64,000 bases of DNA from Octopus sinensis. Taxonomy: Eukaryota. Below the pieces are notes generated by a model. It worked only from the letters and a program-made list of their open reading frames with translations, made no database searches and had not been told where the DNA came from. The DNA lies in contig NC_043002.1 of assembly GCF_006345805.1 (NCBI RefSeq), positions 111,538,001 to 111,602,000 of the forward strand, given 5' to 3'. The position numbers and the translations under genes were made by a program. Positions 1 through 11,454 of the stretch are shown piece by piece (position 1 is the first letter of the stretch; each line of letters begins with the position of its first letter).

Positions 1-158
1 GGCTAGATCTGGTCTCTCACACCAACCCTATAATATTGTTTTAAAAATTAACAGCTACCTCATCAAAATCTCATAGCTACAAGATAATGCATGATTAGTT
101 CAAGGCAATGTGAATAAAAAAGGATTAATTTTGGCAGAATAATGCGAACACTAAAGGG
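1..158 (-). mobile_element. piggyBac-like MITE, partial
   Basis: Ends CTAAAGGG|TTAA; reverse complement aligns by eye with 30382-30586. Confidence 0.65.
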
Positions 159-609
159 TTAAAATTGATAAAATCTAAGATTTAATTATAATATATGTAA
201 ATTTGAATTTTTATATTGTGTGTGAGTTGCTGCCTCCTTGCTTTAACATTGCATGATTGTTGTAAATGAGTGTCATCATCATGTAAGCTTTGTCCTTCAT
301 TTCCAATCTTCCATGAAAACATGTCTAGTTATGAAAACAGATAAAGGCTGGTGACAGGAAGGGCATCAAGCTGTAGAAAATCTGCCTCAACAAATATCAT
401 TGACCCATGCAAGCATGGAAAAGTATGCACATCAAAACAATGGTGATGAGAAAAGCTTATATTTTGGAAGTTATTTCACGTTAAAGTAGTCCTATTTCGG
501 TAATTTCAACCAATCAATGATGTGTATTCAGCTGAATAAAATTACTGCTGTTGTTTGTTAACAAGAACTTCCGGTGGTGTATATTTCGTTTGTCACTGTT
601 ATTTATGAC

Positions 610-890
610 AACCCTAACCCTAAAACCCTAACCCTAACCCTAAAACCCTAACCCTAACCCTAAAACCCTAACCCTAACCCTAACCCTAAAACCTTAACCC
701 TAACCCTAAAACCCTAACCCAAACCCTAAAATCCTAACCCTAAAATCCTAATCCTAACACTTTAACCCTAACCCTAAAATCCTAACCCCAACCCAAACCC
801 TAAAATCCTAATCAACACCCTAACCCTAAAACCGTAACCCTAACCCTAAAAACCTAACCCTAGCCCTAAAACCCTAACCTTAACCTTAAA
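610..890. repeat. Interstitial telomere-like (CCCTAA)n array
   Basis: Three exact 20-mers ACCCTAACCCTAAAACCCTA at 611-670, then degenerate units. Confidence 0.92.
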
Positions 891-950
891 GCTAAAGCCA
901 GTACAAATGCACGAACGATGTCATAAATAACAGTGACAAACGAAAAATAC

Positions 951-1150
951 AGACCGGGCGTTGTGAGTGTTTATTGAGCGAAAACATCTAAAGCTTCACG
1001 AGGCTCTGGCAGGGGGTGGTGGTGATCCCTGCTGTACTCTTTCACCACAACTTTCTCTCACTCTTACTTCCTGTTTCTGTTGTACCTGTATTTCAAAGGG
1101 CCGGCCTTGTCACTCTCTGTGTCACGCTGAATATCCCCGAGGGTACACGT
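951..1150 (+). mobile_element. SINE family A, truncated
   Basis: Internal segment agaccgggcgttgtgag...gggtacacgtgt. Confidence 0.8.
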
Positions 1151-1998
1151 GTAAAAAAAATGTGTGTTAAACAAGTATGAAAACCAAAATTTGCACCAAC
1201 AAACCAGAGAGTGAGGAGTTTACTTTAACTCCCAGTCAAAAACAAAAAAATAAGTGTAATAGGTGTAAAAAAATGGTAAAATTTTACTGAAAAATATGTA
1301 TTAAACGAATATAAAAACAAGTTTGCGCTAACGAACTTTGGAGGAGGACTTTCGAAAATTTACAAGATTCGATTTTTTCTCTCATAACTTTTAGTAATAA
1401 AAAAAAGGTTTTAAAAAAGATCCCATTTATGAATTTGTTTCTCTTACCAAGATACATGGGATCTTTTTTAAAAACCTTTTTCAGATCTTTTCCTTTTGAT
1501 GGACGGAATTTTCTAGTTAACTTAAACAATTTGAAACTTCGTATACTGGTAGAATGTGTCAAAAGAAAACATTATTGTAAATAAAATTGTAATTAGATCC
1601 CCTTTTTCTATTACTCAAACGAAAAATAAATGAATCTAAAAATCTTGTTTTCAAACTTTTATTTCCATTACACTCAAGCAAAAAAATAATTTATAAAATA
1701 TTTTCTCTTCGAAAGTCCTCTCCCCACCCACTCGGAAAATAATTTTCCCCATAAATTTCTTTATAATTGCAATCTATGCTGTTTGAAAGGTATTTATATA
1801 AAATTTCATCAAAAGATATCCATTTCCCTAAAAGTTACGAGGGAAAAATCAGATCTTGTGAATTTTCCGAAAGTCCTCTCCCCGTCCACTCCGGTTCGTT
1901 GGCACAAAGTTTTGTTTCCATATTCGTTTAATACACATTTTTTTACACCTGTTACACTTTTTTTTCTTTAGTTTTTGGTGACCAGGGTTTAAAGTAAA
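1148..1998. mobile_element. Foldback/MITE-like element with ~180 bp diverged inverted arms
   Basis: 1219-1395 is an imperfect reverse complement of 1822-1998 (termini TTTACTTTAA / TTAAAGTAAA); extra partial arm at 1148-1218. Confidence 0.65.
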
Positions 1999-3164
1999 CA
2001 TTAACTGCAAAACGTTCTCCATTAAGGACTTTTTCATTCAGTGGAACAAAAAGAAGTCGGTGGGAGCAATTGGTTGAATAGGGAGGGTGGGTAAGTGTGT
2101 GTGTGTGTGTGGGGGGGTGTCATGCCATTTTTGGTCAAAAACTGTCTCACATTCAAAACAGTGTGTGCTGGCACATTGTTTGATGAAACTACCACTCTAC
2201 ACTTTGCCGCTGGTTGGGGCGTTTTCATCTCTGCATTTTGCAAATGCTTCAGAACTGCCAAATGGAATGTCTGGTTAACAGTTTGACCAAGAGAAACAAA
2301 TTCTGTGTGGACCATTCCTTTCCCGTCAATGAAACAAACCAGCATCGCCTTGATATTCAACTTCCCTCGATGCACCTTTTTTTGGGGTGTTTGGTGACAT
2401 TGAATGCTTCCATTGACATGATTGCTGCTTTGTAGTTCAGGCTTCCACAGTGGGCTGCTGTGTTTCCTGGTTGTAGCTGTAGCAGCAGCTTTCCTCATCA
2501 GTGATGACCTTCGAAAAAAGGTCTTATGATCAACTTCCAACTGTTCTTTCAGTTCATGACATGCATTCAGTTGTGACTGCTTTTGGTCTTCCGTAAGCAA
2601 GCAAGGTACAAATTTTGTTGCAACTCTTTTCATATGCAATTCCTCATTCAAAATTCGTTGGCAGGAGCTCCAGGACATATCAGTCATGTCAACAAATTTG
2701 TCAATTGTTTAGCAATGGTCCTCCAAGATCAGTTCATGAATTTCGTGATGTTTTCATTTGTTTGGAAGGTTGACAGTCAACTTGAACAAGGTTGGTCTTC
2801 AAGCAACAAGTGACCATTCCTAAAGTGTGAAAATAACTTGTAAACTTGTGTTTTGATCATAGCAGCGGCCTTGTAAGCTGTTTGAAGCATGACAACTGAT
2901 TTGGCCACCGTTTTCCCCAGCTGAAAACAGAATTTCACAGAAGCATATTATTCCTTTGTTTCAGCCAGCGCAAAAATCGACGAACAGAGGAGAAGCACTG
3001 CAAAACAATGACACACCACGTGGTAGTACAGTTTCACATGACAATGCTGGTTGGTAGACTGATGCCTGAGGATTGCATCAAGTGGCTTCTAGCGGTGGAA
3101 ACCTGAAGTACAATGGGCTTGTCCCACAGAAAATGTTTCTTGTTACTTTTGGGTACCCCTTGTA
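1999..3164 (-). mobile_element. Decayed mariner-family transposon
   Basis: ORF 2034-2687 has KRVATKFVPCLLTEDQK and KAMLVCFIDGKGMVHTEFV..GQTVNQ; TIR-like end gggtaccccttg+TA at 3151-3164. Confidence 0.82.
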
Positions 3165-3271
3165 TTATTTATTATGTGAAGATATGCAATTTGCATTTAC
3201 TTATAAATAATTTTCCAGGATGCCATTCACATGATGCAGACATGAATTGACACCAACAAACTCACTGTTTA

Positions 3272-3698
3272 TACTCTTACTCTTTACTCTTTTATTTGTT
3301 TCAGTCATTTGACTGCAGCCATGCTGGAGCACCGCCTTTAGTCGAGGAGATCGACCCTAGGGCTTATTCTTTGTAAGCCCAGTACTTATTCTATCGGTCT
3401 CTTATGCCGAACCGCTAAGTGACAGGGACGTAAACACACCAGCATCGGTTGTCAAGCAATGCTAGGGGGACAAACACAGACACACAAACACACACACATA
3501 CACACACACATATATATATATATATATACATATATACGACAGGCTTCTTTCAGTTTCCGTCTACCAAATCCACTCACAAGGCATTGGTCGGCCCAGGGCT
3601 ATAGCAGAAGACACTTGCCCAAGATGCCACGCAGTGGGACTGAACCCGGAACCATGTGGTTGGTTAGCAAGCTACTTACCACACAGCCACTCCTGCAC
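3272..3698 (-). mobile_element. SINE family B (tRNA-like head, central microsatellite, AAAGAGT tail)
   Basis: Head GCAGGAGTGGCTGTGTGGTAAG...GGTTCAGTCCC; about 20 copies in the window. Confidence 0.85.
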
Positions 3699-3927
3699 CT
3701 GTTTATGTTTATTTTTGAAATTATTTCCATTCGCCTATAATTTTATCCATAATACATGAGATCCATTCACAACTAGTCACATGTACCTGTAAATTTCAGC
3801 AAAAGGGAAAATCCTTGAATAAGTATTGTTGTTATTAAATTATTAAATGTTGTTTTATTTCAAAATAAAACTAAATGTATTTCTAATGTTTGTAGATTCA
3901 CCAACTGGTAACTTTAACAGGTGAAAA

Positions 3928-4062
3928 ATGGACATGATTGAAAATTTGATGTTACTTTTGATGGTTATATATGTGGTTTTATGTCCTTACACCAAAGTAG
4001 AAGAGAGCTTCAATCTTCAGGCTATACATGATATCATTTATCACCAACAAAATATCTCTCAG
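3928..4062 (+). CDS. ALG12: ALG12 coding exon 1 (ATG at 3928)
   Basis: Translates [45 protein letters not shown], containing the ALG12 motif [16 protein letters not shown]. Donor GTAAGC at 4063. An upstream acceptor (tgtag, 3895) implies a non-coding exon further 5'. Confidence 0.95.
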
Positions 4063-4346
4063 GTAAGCCTTAACTAACTCCATAAAACAGTTGTCAATTT
4101 ATTTTACTTAAACCTCAATCATACGAAAATCATGAAATGTATATGAAATATATATTAGTGACAGAGATAGTATTAATACCGAGAGGTTATATTCTTCTCC
4201 ACTTAAACATGGATGTTTTGCTTACAGTGGTAAAGTTTGTTCTAACTGAACATCCACATTCAAGTGGGGATAAATATTACCTCAAAGTCTATAGGCTATT
4301 GTTTAGTTGTTTAGCCCATGATCAATGTTGGTCAAATAGCTTTATG

Positions 4347-4383
<37 letters not shown>

Positions 4384-6398
4384 GATCAACTAATGATTAA
4401 TAAAGCCGTAACTGAAGACAGCCACAGAAAGAAGAAAGGCCTCAGTATGGCCTGGATTGACTACAAAAAGGCGTTTGATAGCATCCCCCACACATGGATC
4501 CTCGAAACACTAGTCATTAACAAAGTAGCACCAACAATCATAAAATTCATAGGGCACTCTATGAATAAATGGCAAACAGTCCTACACCTCCAAACAAAAG
4601 AGGGACTCATGAAAACCAAAGACATCCCCATTAGAAGAGGAATATTCCAGGGAGACACGCTCTCTCCACTCCTTTTCTGCTTGGCACTGTCACCTCTATC
4701 TGATATGCTAAATAGAACTGGATGCGGATATAAATGTTACGGCAAAACGATCAGCCACCTTTTATATATGGATGACCTAAAACTATATGCTGCAAATGAC
4801 AAACAGCTGGAAACACTATTAAAGACAGTTCATGGATTTACCAAAGAAATAGATATGAAATTTGGATTAGAAAAATGCACCAAAGTAACCATGAAAAGAG
4901 GAAAACTAGTTAAGAGTAACAACATCACACTAGATAAAACCAATGAAATAAAAGAATTAGACCAAAGCCAAACTTACAAATACTTAGGAATCCATGAACT
5001 AGATAAGACACAACACACACAAATGAAAGAGAAAATAAAAAAAGAATATTATAGACGAGTTAGATCAATACTAAAAACAGAGCTCAATGCTAAAAACAAG
5101 ATAATAGGTATCAACACTTTAGCTGTCCCAGTTATAAGTTACAGCTACAATATCCTTAACTGGACACGAAATGAACTGTCCAAAATAGATAGGAAAACAA
5201 GAAAAATACTGACAGGATCTAGGATGCATCACCCAAAATCTGACATAGAAAGACTATATATACAACGTATAGAAGGTGGTAGAGGCCTTATACAGCTGGA
5301 AAACTACTATAAAATAACCACCATAGGACTGCAAAAATACCTACTTCAGAAGGAAGGAAAACTGATCCAGATAGCAGCAAAACACGAGCAAAACAAAAAA
5401 CTGTTCTCAGTATTTAAGAAGCTGACAAATACAAACAAGAAATCATACCACCTAATAAACACGAAGAAGAAGAAGAAGATGATGAAGAACAACAAAAGCT
5501 ATAAAACAAATGAAATCCAAACTAAAAATAGAACAGCAACGAACCATGATAAAACGATGGCAAGAAAAGCCCCTTCATGGTAAATACTGCACTAAACTAA
5601 ACGCAAAAGAAATAGACAAAGAAAAATCCCAGCAATGGTTGAGAAGCTCAGGACTCAAAGCAGAAACAGAGGGATTTTTAATTGCAGCACAAGACCAAAG
5701 CCTCCCCACCAGAAATTACCAAAAACATGTAATGAAAAGAAATATAACAAGTAACTGCAGAATATGTGGAGATGGACAAGAAACAATAAATCATATTATC
5801 TCTGGCTGCCCAGTCGTGGCTAAGAAGGAATATATTCACAGACATGACAGAGTTGGAACCTACATTATGGAATAACAACAGCAAAAAGATGGTAGAGGCA
5901 CACACCAGAAAAGGTCACAGAAAACGAGAAAGCAACCATAATCTGGGATATGCCGATACACACAGATAGAGAAATTAAGGCCAACAGACCAGATATAGTT
6001 GTCAGAGATCATGAAGAAAAAAATGCTTTCTAATTGATGTATCAATACCGGCAGATGACAACGTGTCTCTAAAAGAAATGGAGAAACATTCAAAATACAA
6101 AGACCTGGAAATAGAGGTAACCAGAATGTGGAATCTGAAAACAGAAACAATTCCTATCATAGTAGGTGCATTAGGCATGATAAAAAAATATTCAGACAAA
6201 TACATAACACAAAAACACCAGGACTTACAAACACATATAACATACAGAAAATTGCACTACTAGGCACTGCACACATCCTACGCAGAACACTTTCCATACA
6301 ATAACCATCAGAGCATCACAACAAATCACAGCACATACCCAAGGCACACAGAGCTGCGCTCGGTAGTGAAGTGAAAGCACGCTATAAAAATAAAACTA

Positions 6399-6401
<3 letters not shown>
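4384..6401 (+). mobile_element. 5'-truncated RLE-type non-LTR retrotransposon (R4/Dong-like), copy 1
   Basis: RT motifs (IDYKKAFDSI, GIFQGDTLSP, LYMDDLKL), CCHC finger CRICG..ETINHIISGC, RHD and RPDIVV..D..K..KY restriction-like endonuclease; several frameshifts; flanked by (TAA)n. Confidence 0.9.
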
Positions 6402-6438
<37 letters not shown>

Positions 6439-6447
6439 TAATAATAA

Positions 6448-8485
6448 GATCAACTAATGATTAATAAAGCCGTAACTGAAGACAGCCACAGAAAGAAGAA
6501 AGGCCTCAGTATGGCCTGGATTGACTACAAAAAGGCGTTTGATAGCATCCCCCACACATGGATCCTCGAAACACTAGTCATTAACAAAGTAGCACCAACA
6601 ATCATAAAATTCATAGGGCACTCTATGAATAAATGGCAAACAGTCCTACACCTCCAAACAAAAGAGGGACTCATGAAAACCAAAGACATCCCCATTAGAA
6701 GAGGAATATTCCAGGGAGACACGCTCTCTCCACTCCACTCCTTTTCTGCTTGGCACTGTCACCTCTATCTGATATGCTAAATAGAACTGGATGCGGATAT
6801 AAATGTTACAGCAAAACGATCAGCCACCTTTTATATATGGATGACCTAAAACTATACGCTGCAAATGACAAACAGCTGGAAACACTATTAAAGACAGTTC
6901 ATGGATTTACCAAAGAAATAGATATGAAATTTGGATTAGAAAAATGCACCAAAGTAACCATGAAAAGAGGAAAACTAGTTAAGAGTAACAACATCACACT
7001 AGATAAAACCAATGAAATAAAAGAATTAGACCAAAGCCAAACTTACAAATACTTAGGAATCCATGAACTAGATAAGACACAACACACACAAATGAAAGAG
7101 AAAATAAAAAAAGAATATTATAGACGAGTTAGATCAATACTAAAAACAGAGCTCAATGCTAAAAACAAGATAATAGGTATCAACACTTTAGCTGTCCCAG
7201 TTATAAGTTACAGCTACAATATCCTTAACTGGACACGAAATGAACTGTCCAAAATAGATAGGAAAACAAGAAAAATACTGACAGGATCTAGGATGCATCA
7301 CCCAAAATCTGACATAGAAAGACTATATATACAACGTATAGAAGGTGGTAGAGGCCTTATACAGCTGGAAAACTACTATAAAATAACCACCATAGGACTG
7401 CAAAAATACCTACTTCAGAAGGAAGGAAAACTGATCCAGATAGCAGCAAAACACGAGCAAAACAAAAAACTGTTCTCAGTATTTAAGGAAGCTGACAAAT
7501 ACAAACAAGAAATCATACCACCTAATAAACACGAAGAAGAAGAAGAAGATGATGAAGAACAACAAAAGCTATAAAACAAATGAAATCCAAACTAAAAATA
7601 GAACAGCAACGAACCATGATAAAACGATGGCAAGAAAAGCCCCTTCATGGTAAATACTGCACTAAACTAAACGCAAAAGAAATAGACAAAGAAAAATCCC
7701 AGCAATGGTTGAGAAGCTCAGGACTCAAAGCAGAAACAGAGGGATTTTTAATTGCAGCACAAGACCAAAGCCTCCCCACCAGAAATTACCAAAAACATGT
7801 AATGAAAAGAAATATTACAAGTAACTGCAGAATATGTGGAGATGGACAAGAAACAATAAATCATATTATCTCTGGCTGCCCAGTCCTGGCTAAGAAGGAA
7901 TATATTCACAGACATGACAGAGTTGGAACCTACATACATTGGAAGCTATGCCAACATTATGGATAACAACAGAAAAAAGATGGTATAGGCACACACCAGA
8001 AAAGGTCACAGAAAACGAGAAAGCAACCATACTCTGGATATGCCGATACACACAGATAGAGAAATTAAGGCCAACAGACCAGATATAGTTGTCAGAGATC
8101 ATGAAGAAAAAAATGCTTTCTAATTGATGTATCAATACCGGCAGATGACAACGTGTCTCTAAAAGAAATGGAGAAACTTCAAAATACAAAGACCTGGAAA
8201 TAGAGGTAACCAGAATGTGGAATCTGAAAACAGAAACAATTCCTATCATAGTAGGTGCATTAGGCATGATAAAAAAATATTCAGACAAATACATAACAAA
8301 AACACCAGGACTTACAAACACATATAACATACAGAAAATTGCACTACTAGGCACTGCACACATCCTACGTAGAACACTTTCCATACAATAACCATCAGAG
8401 CATCACAACAAATCACAGCACATACCCAAGGCACACAGAGCTGCGCTCGGTAGTGAAGTGAAAGCACGCTATAAAAATAAAACTA

Positions 8486-8488
<3 letters not shown>
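6448..8488 (+). mobile_element. 5'-truncated RLE-type non-LTR retrotransposon (R4/Dong-like), copy 2
   Basis: Near-identical to copy 1 with the same 5' truncation (gatcaactaatg) and 3' end (ataaaactactg then TAA repeats). Confidence 0.9.
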
Positions 8489-8525
<37 letters not shown>

Positions 8526-8540
8526 TAATAATAATAATAA

Positions 8541-8745
8541 TGAAATTATTGTATACAGTGCTCAGGTGCACCACAACTTGTCAAAAGTGTGTGTAAAGCA
8601 TATGCGGTAATGTACAAATGTCTAGAAAGGGAACAGTGTATGAGTTAGATACATGCTTGTGGTGTATGGAGGGGAGAAAATCAGGTGTAGTGTTGGCGAA
8701 TCTCAGAAAGCATGGAAGTTTTGAAGGATGCAGTGCTCCGACAAT
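8541..8745 (-). mobile_element. CR1-clade LINE 3' fragment
   Basis: Homologous to 10872-11165 and 24294-24700; its (TTA)n tail on the minus strand is 8489-8540. Confidence 0.8.
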
Positions 8746-8849
8746 TATGATCAAAGTGATTCCAACTGTGACCATCCTGTCCTTTTAGGAGTATCTAGAA
8801 CTGCTTTATCCAATGTGTATTCACACACACATACTCATGCATACAGATA

Positions 8850-9055
8850 GGTTAAGAAGTACCAGAAGATCTATATTGAAGGGAACAGTGGATGGGGGAA
8901 GACTGAGGAAGAAAAGGGGACGAAGAGTGGGAAGCTGGTTTCACAAAGGGGATTACAAAGAAGCACAACATGTAGCAGGTAGGTGATGTGTAGGAAGAAG
9001 TGCATGAAACCATGTAGGCATGGGGAAAAAGGATGTAAAATGATGATAATGATGT
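8850..9055 (+). mobile_element. RTE-like LINE 3' fragment
   Basis: ILKGTVDGGRLRKKRG-like remnant ending in a (GAT)n tail. Confidence 0.5.
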
Positions 9056-9142
9056 GTGTGTGTGTGTGTGTAAGATGGTGCCCCAGTATGGCCACAGATT
9101 GAAATTATTGAAAACAAAATGCCAAGTTATACACAAGATGTG

Positions 9143-9592
9143 CACACACACACGCACACGCGAACACACGCACGCACACACACACTCACACACACACACT
9201 CACACACACACACACACTCACACACACACACACACTCACACACACACACACACTCACACACACACACTCACACACACACACACTCACACACACACACACA
9301 CGAACACACACACACACACTCACACACACACACTCACACACACACACACACGAACACACACGAACACAAAGTTATGTGTTTATCAAATGTCATCAGAAAC
9401 AACAATTAAAAGAGAGAGAGAGGGAGAGAGAGAGAGCGTGTGTGTGAGTATGTGTGTGAGTGTGTGTGTGTGAGTGTGTGTGTGTGAGTGTGTGTGTGTG
9501 AGTGTGTGTGTGTGAGTGTGTGTGTGTGTGTGAGTGTGTGTGTGTGAGTGTGTGTGTGTGTCTGTGAGTGTGTGTGTGTGTGTGTGTGTGTG
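9143..9592. repeat. Inverted compound (CA)n / (TG)n arrays
   Basis: CA array with CT variants at 9143-9362; TG array with AG variants at 9437-9592. Confidence 0.9.
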
Positions 9593-9850
9593 CACATGTG
9601 TGTCTTTGTGTGCACATGCTTTTTCCGCAGGTGCCCTCCTATCAGTACTTGTCCAGAGTGATGCCCTCCTAGATGTGTGGCCTGTGATGTCAATTGGTCC
9701 ATGTCAATTTTATTCATTCCTTCACTTTTTCTGATTTGATTAGATTCATGGCTTGATACTGTGGCCTGGGTGCATTTTACGCCAGAAATGCTTGTTAATC
9801 TATTTTTATGCCCATTTTCATCATTTCAGCTGTAATATAGATGTGTGCAA

Positions 9851-10582
9851 AAATGTATTTCTAATGTTTGTAGATTCACCAACTGGTAACAGGTGAAAAA
9901 TGGACATGATTGAAAATTTGATGTTCCTTTTGAATGCCTATGTCCCCACCCACTTCTTTTTTATAAAACCATCCAATCATACCAGTCTTGGCACCACAAA
10001 ATATTAAACTATTTGGAAATCAAGTCAGTGAGAATACTTTTTATGTTACATCATATAATGTAGTCCCAGTTACAATGGCTTTGAAAAAATGCTGGATGAT
10101 CATGGCTGGAATGCCTTTGTTTTATGTTCTTATACCAAAGTGGAGGCGCAATGGCCCAGTGGTTAGGGCAGCGGACTCGCAGTCATAGGATCGCGGTTTC
10201 GATTCCCAGACCGGGCATTGTGAGTGTTCATTGAGCGAAAACACCTAAAGCTCCACGAGGCTCCGGCAGGGGATGGTGGTGATCCCTGCTGTACTCTTTC
10301 ACCATAACTTTCTCTCACTCTTACTTCCTGTTTCTGTTGTACCCGTATTTCAAAGGGGCCGGCCTTGTCACTCTCTGTGTCACGCTGAATATCCCCGAGA
10401 ACTACGTTAAGGGTACACGTGTCTGTGGAGTGCTCAGCCACTTACACGTTAATTTCACGAGCAGGCTGTTCCGTTGATTCGGATCAACCGGAACCCTCGT
10501 TGTCGTAACCGACGGAGTGCTTCCAATCCAATATACCAAAGTAGAAGAGAGCTTCAGTCTTCAGGCTATGCATGATATCATT
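9851..10582 (+). pseudogene. Disrupted duplicate of ALG12 coding exon 1 (pseudo-exon) in intron 1
   Basis: 9851-9931 matches 3873-3960 (acceptor and ATG). 10120-10141 plus 10543-10582 match the rest ([18 protein letters not shown]). Interrupted by ~185 bp of intron-5 DNA and a SINE; no donor site. Confidence 0.88.
10142..10531 (+). mobile_element. SINE family A (tRNA-derived head), full length
   Basis: Head GGAGGCGCAATGGCCCAGTGGTTAG with A/B boxes; 11-bp TSD TATACCAAAGT at 10131-10141 and 10532-10542. Confidence 0.9.
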
Positions 10583-10654
10583 TATCAACAAAAAAACGAA
10601 AAACCGTATTTGAATAAGTTCACCTTTTTCTTCTTCTTCTCTTTGTATTTTCAG

Positions 10655-10787
10655 TATGATCATTTAGAGTTCCCAGGAGTTGTTCCTCGCTCATTTATTG
10701 GACCACTCTTCATATCTATGATATCTGCACCTTTTGCATTATTTGCTAACTGGCTGCATCTGAATAAGTTATTCATGCAACATGTCG
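10655..10787 (+). CDS. ALG12: ALG12 coding exon 2 (133 nt)
   Basis: ttttcag acceptor; YDHLEFPGVVPRSFIGPLFISMISAPFALFANWLHLNKLFMQHV; donor GTTAGT; phase 0 to 1. Confidence 0.95.
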
Positions 10788-10871
10788 GTTAGTATTTGTA
10801 AAGTATATATTTTTTTTATATGTAATAATAATAATAATAATAATAATAACAATAATAATAATAATAATAAT

Positions 10872-11165
10872 ATTGAAATTATTGTATACAGTGCTCAGGT
10901 GCACCACAACCTGTCAGAAAGTGCATATAAAGTACATGCAGTAATGTAAAAATGTCTGGAAAGCGAATAATGTATGAGTCAGATACATGTCTGTGTGTGT
11001 ATGGAGGGGAGAAAATCAGGTGTAGTGTTGGCGAATCTCAGAAAGCATGGAAGTTTTGAAGGATGCAGTGCTCCGACAACTAACAATGGATGCCGGCAGT
11101 TTGTTCCAAGCTTCAGCAACTCTCAGCATGAAAAAAATGTTTCCTGAAGTCATGGGAGCTTACTG
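10872..11165 (-). mobile_element. CR1-clade LINE 3' fragment
   Basis: Same 3' end as the 8541 copy; (TAA)n at 10824-10871 is its tail. Confidence 0.8.
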
Positions 11166-11454
11166 CTGATACATATGTTGAATTTTCTTTATTTATATTT
11201 CTTTTTACATTTCCTTTTTCTTTTAAAAGATGTAATATGTAAATGAGCTTAAGTCAATATACACCCAAAATGTATATATGATTGAAACAGGATTATGTAT
11301 ATTAGCATTTCACAGAGAAAAGATTTTCATGTTTTTATTTATAGAAGCAAAAGATTGTTTATGTACAAATGCATATTAGTATTAGTCTGATGAAGGTGAG
11401 GAAGCTGAAACATCAAATTCCCTGTCAGCCTTTTCCTTGTACAAGTTGTACAAG

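Noticed and set aside
610-890. True chromosome end or telomere
   Set aside because: The array is short, degenerate, internal and bracketed by inverted repeats and ordinary repeats.
7555-7600. Programmed frameshift in the RLE LINE
   Set aside because: A single missing A restores the frame and other 1-bp indels are present; decay or sequencing error is the simpler explanation.
9054-9734. His/Thr-, Val/Cys-, Tyr/Ile- and Met/Tyr/Val-rich ORFs here and at 21914-22536, 38329-39166 and 62913-63331
   Set aside because: Translations of stop-free microsatellites.
10142-10215. tRNA genes at SINE heads
   Set aside because: The tRNA-like A/B boxes continue into SINE bodies with tails and TSDs; no complete cloverleaf.
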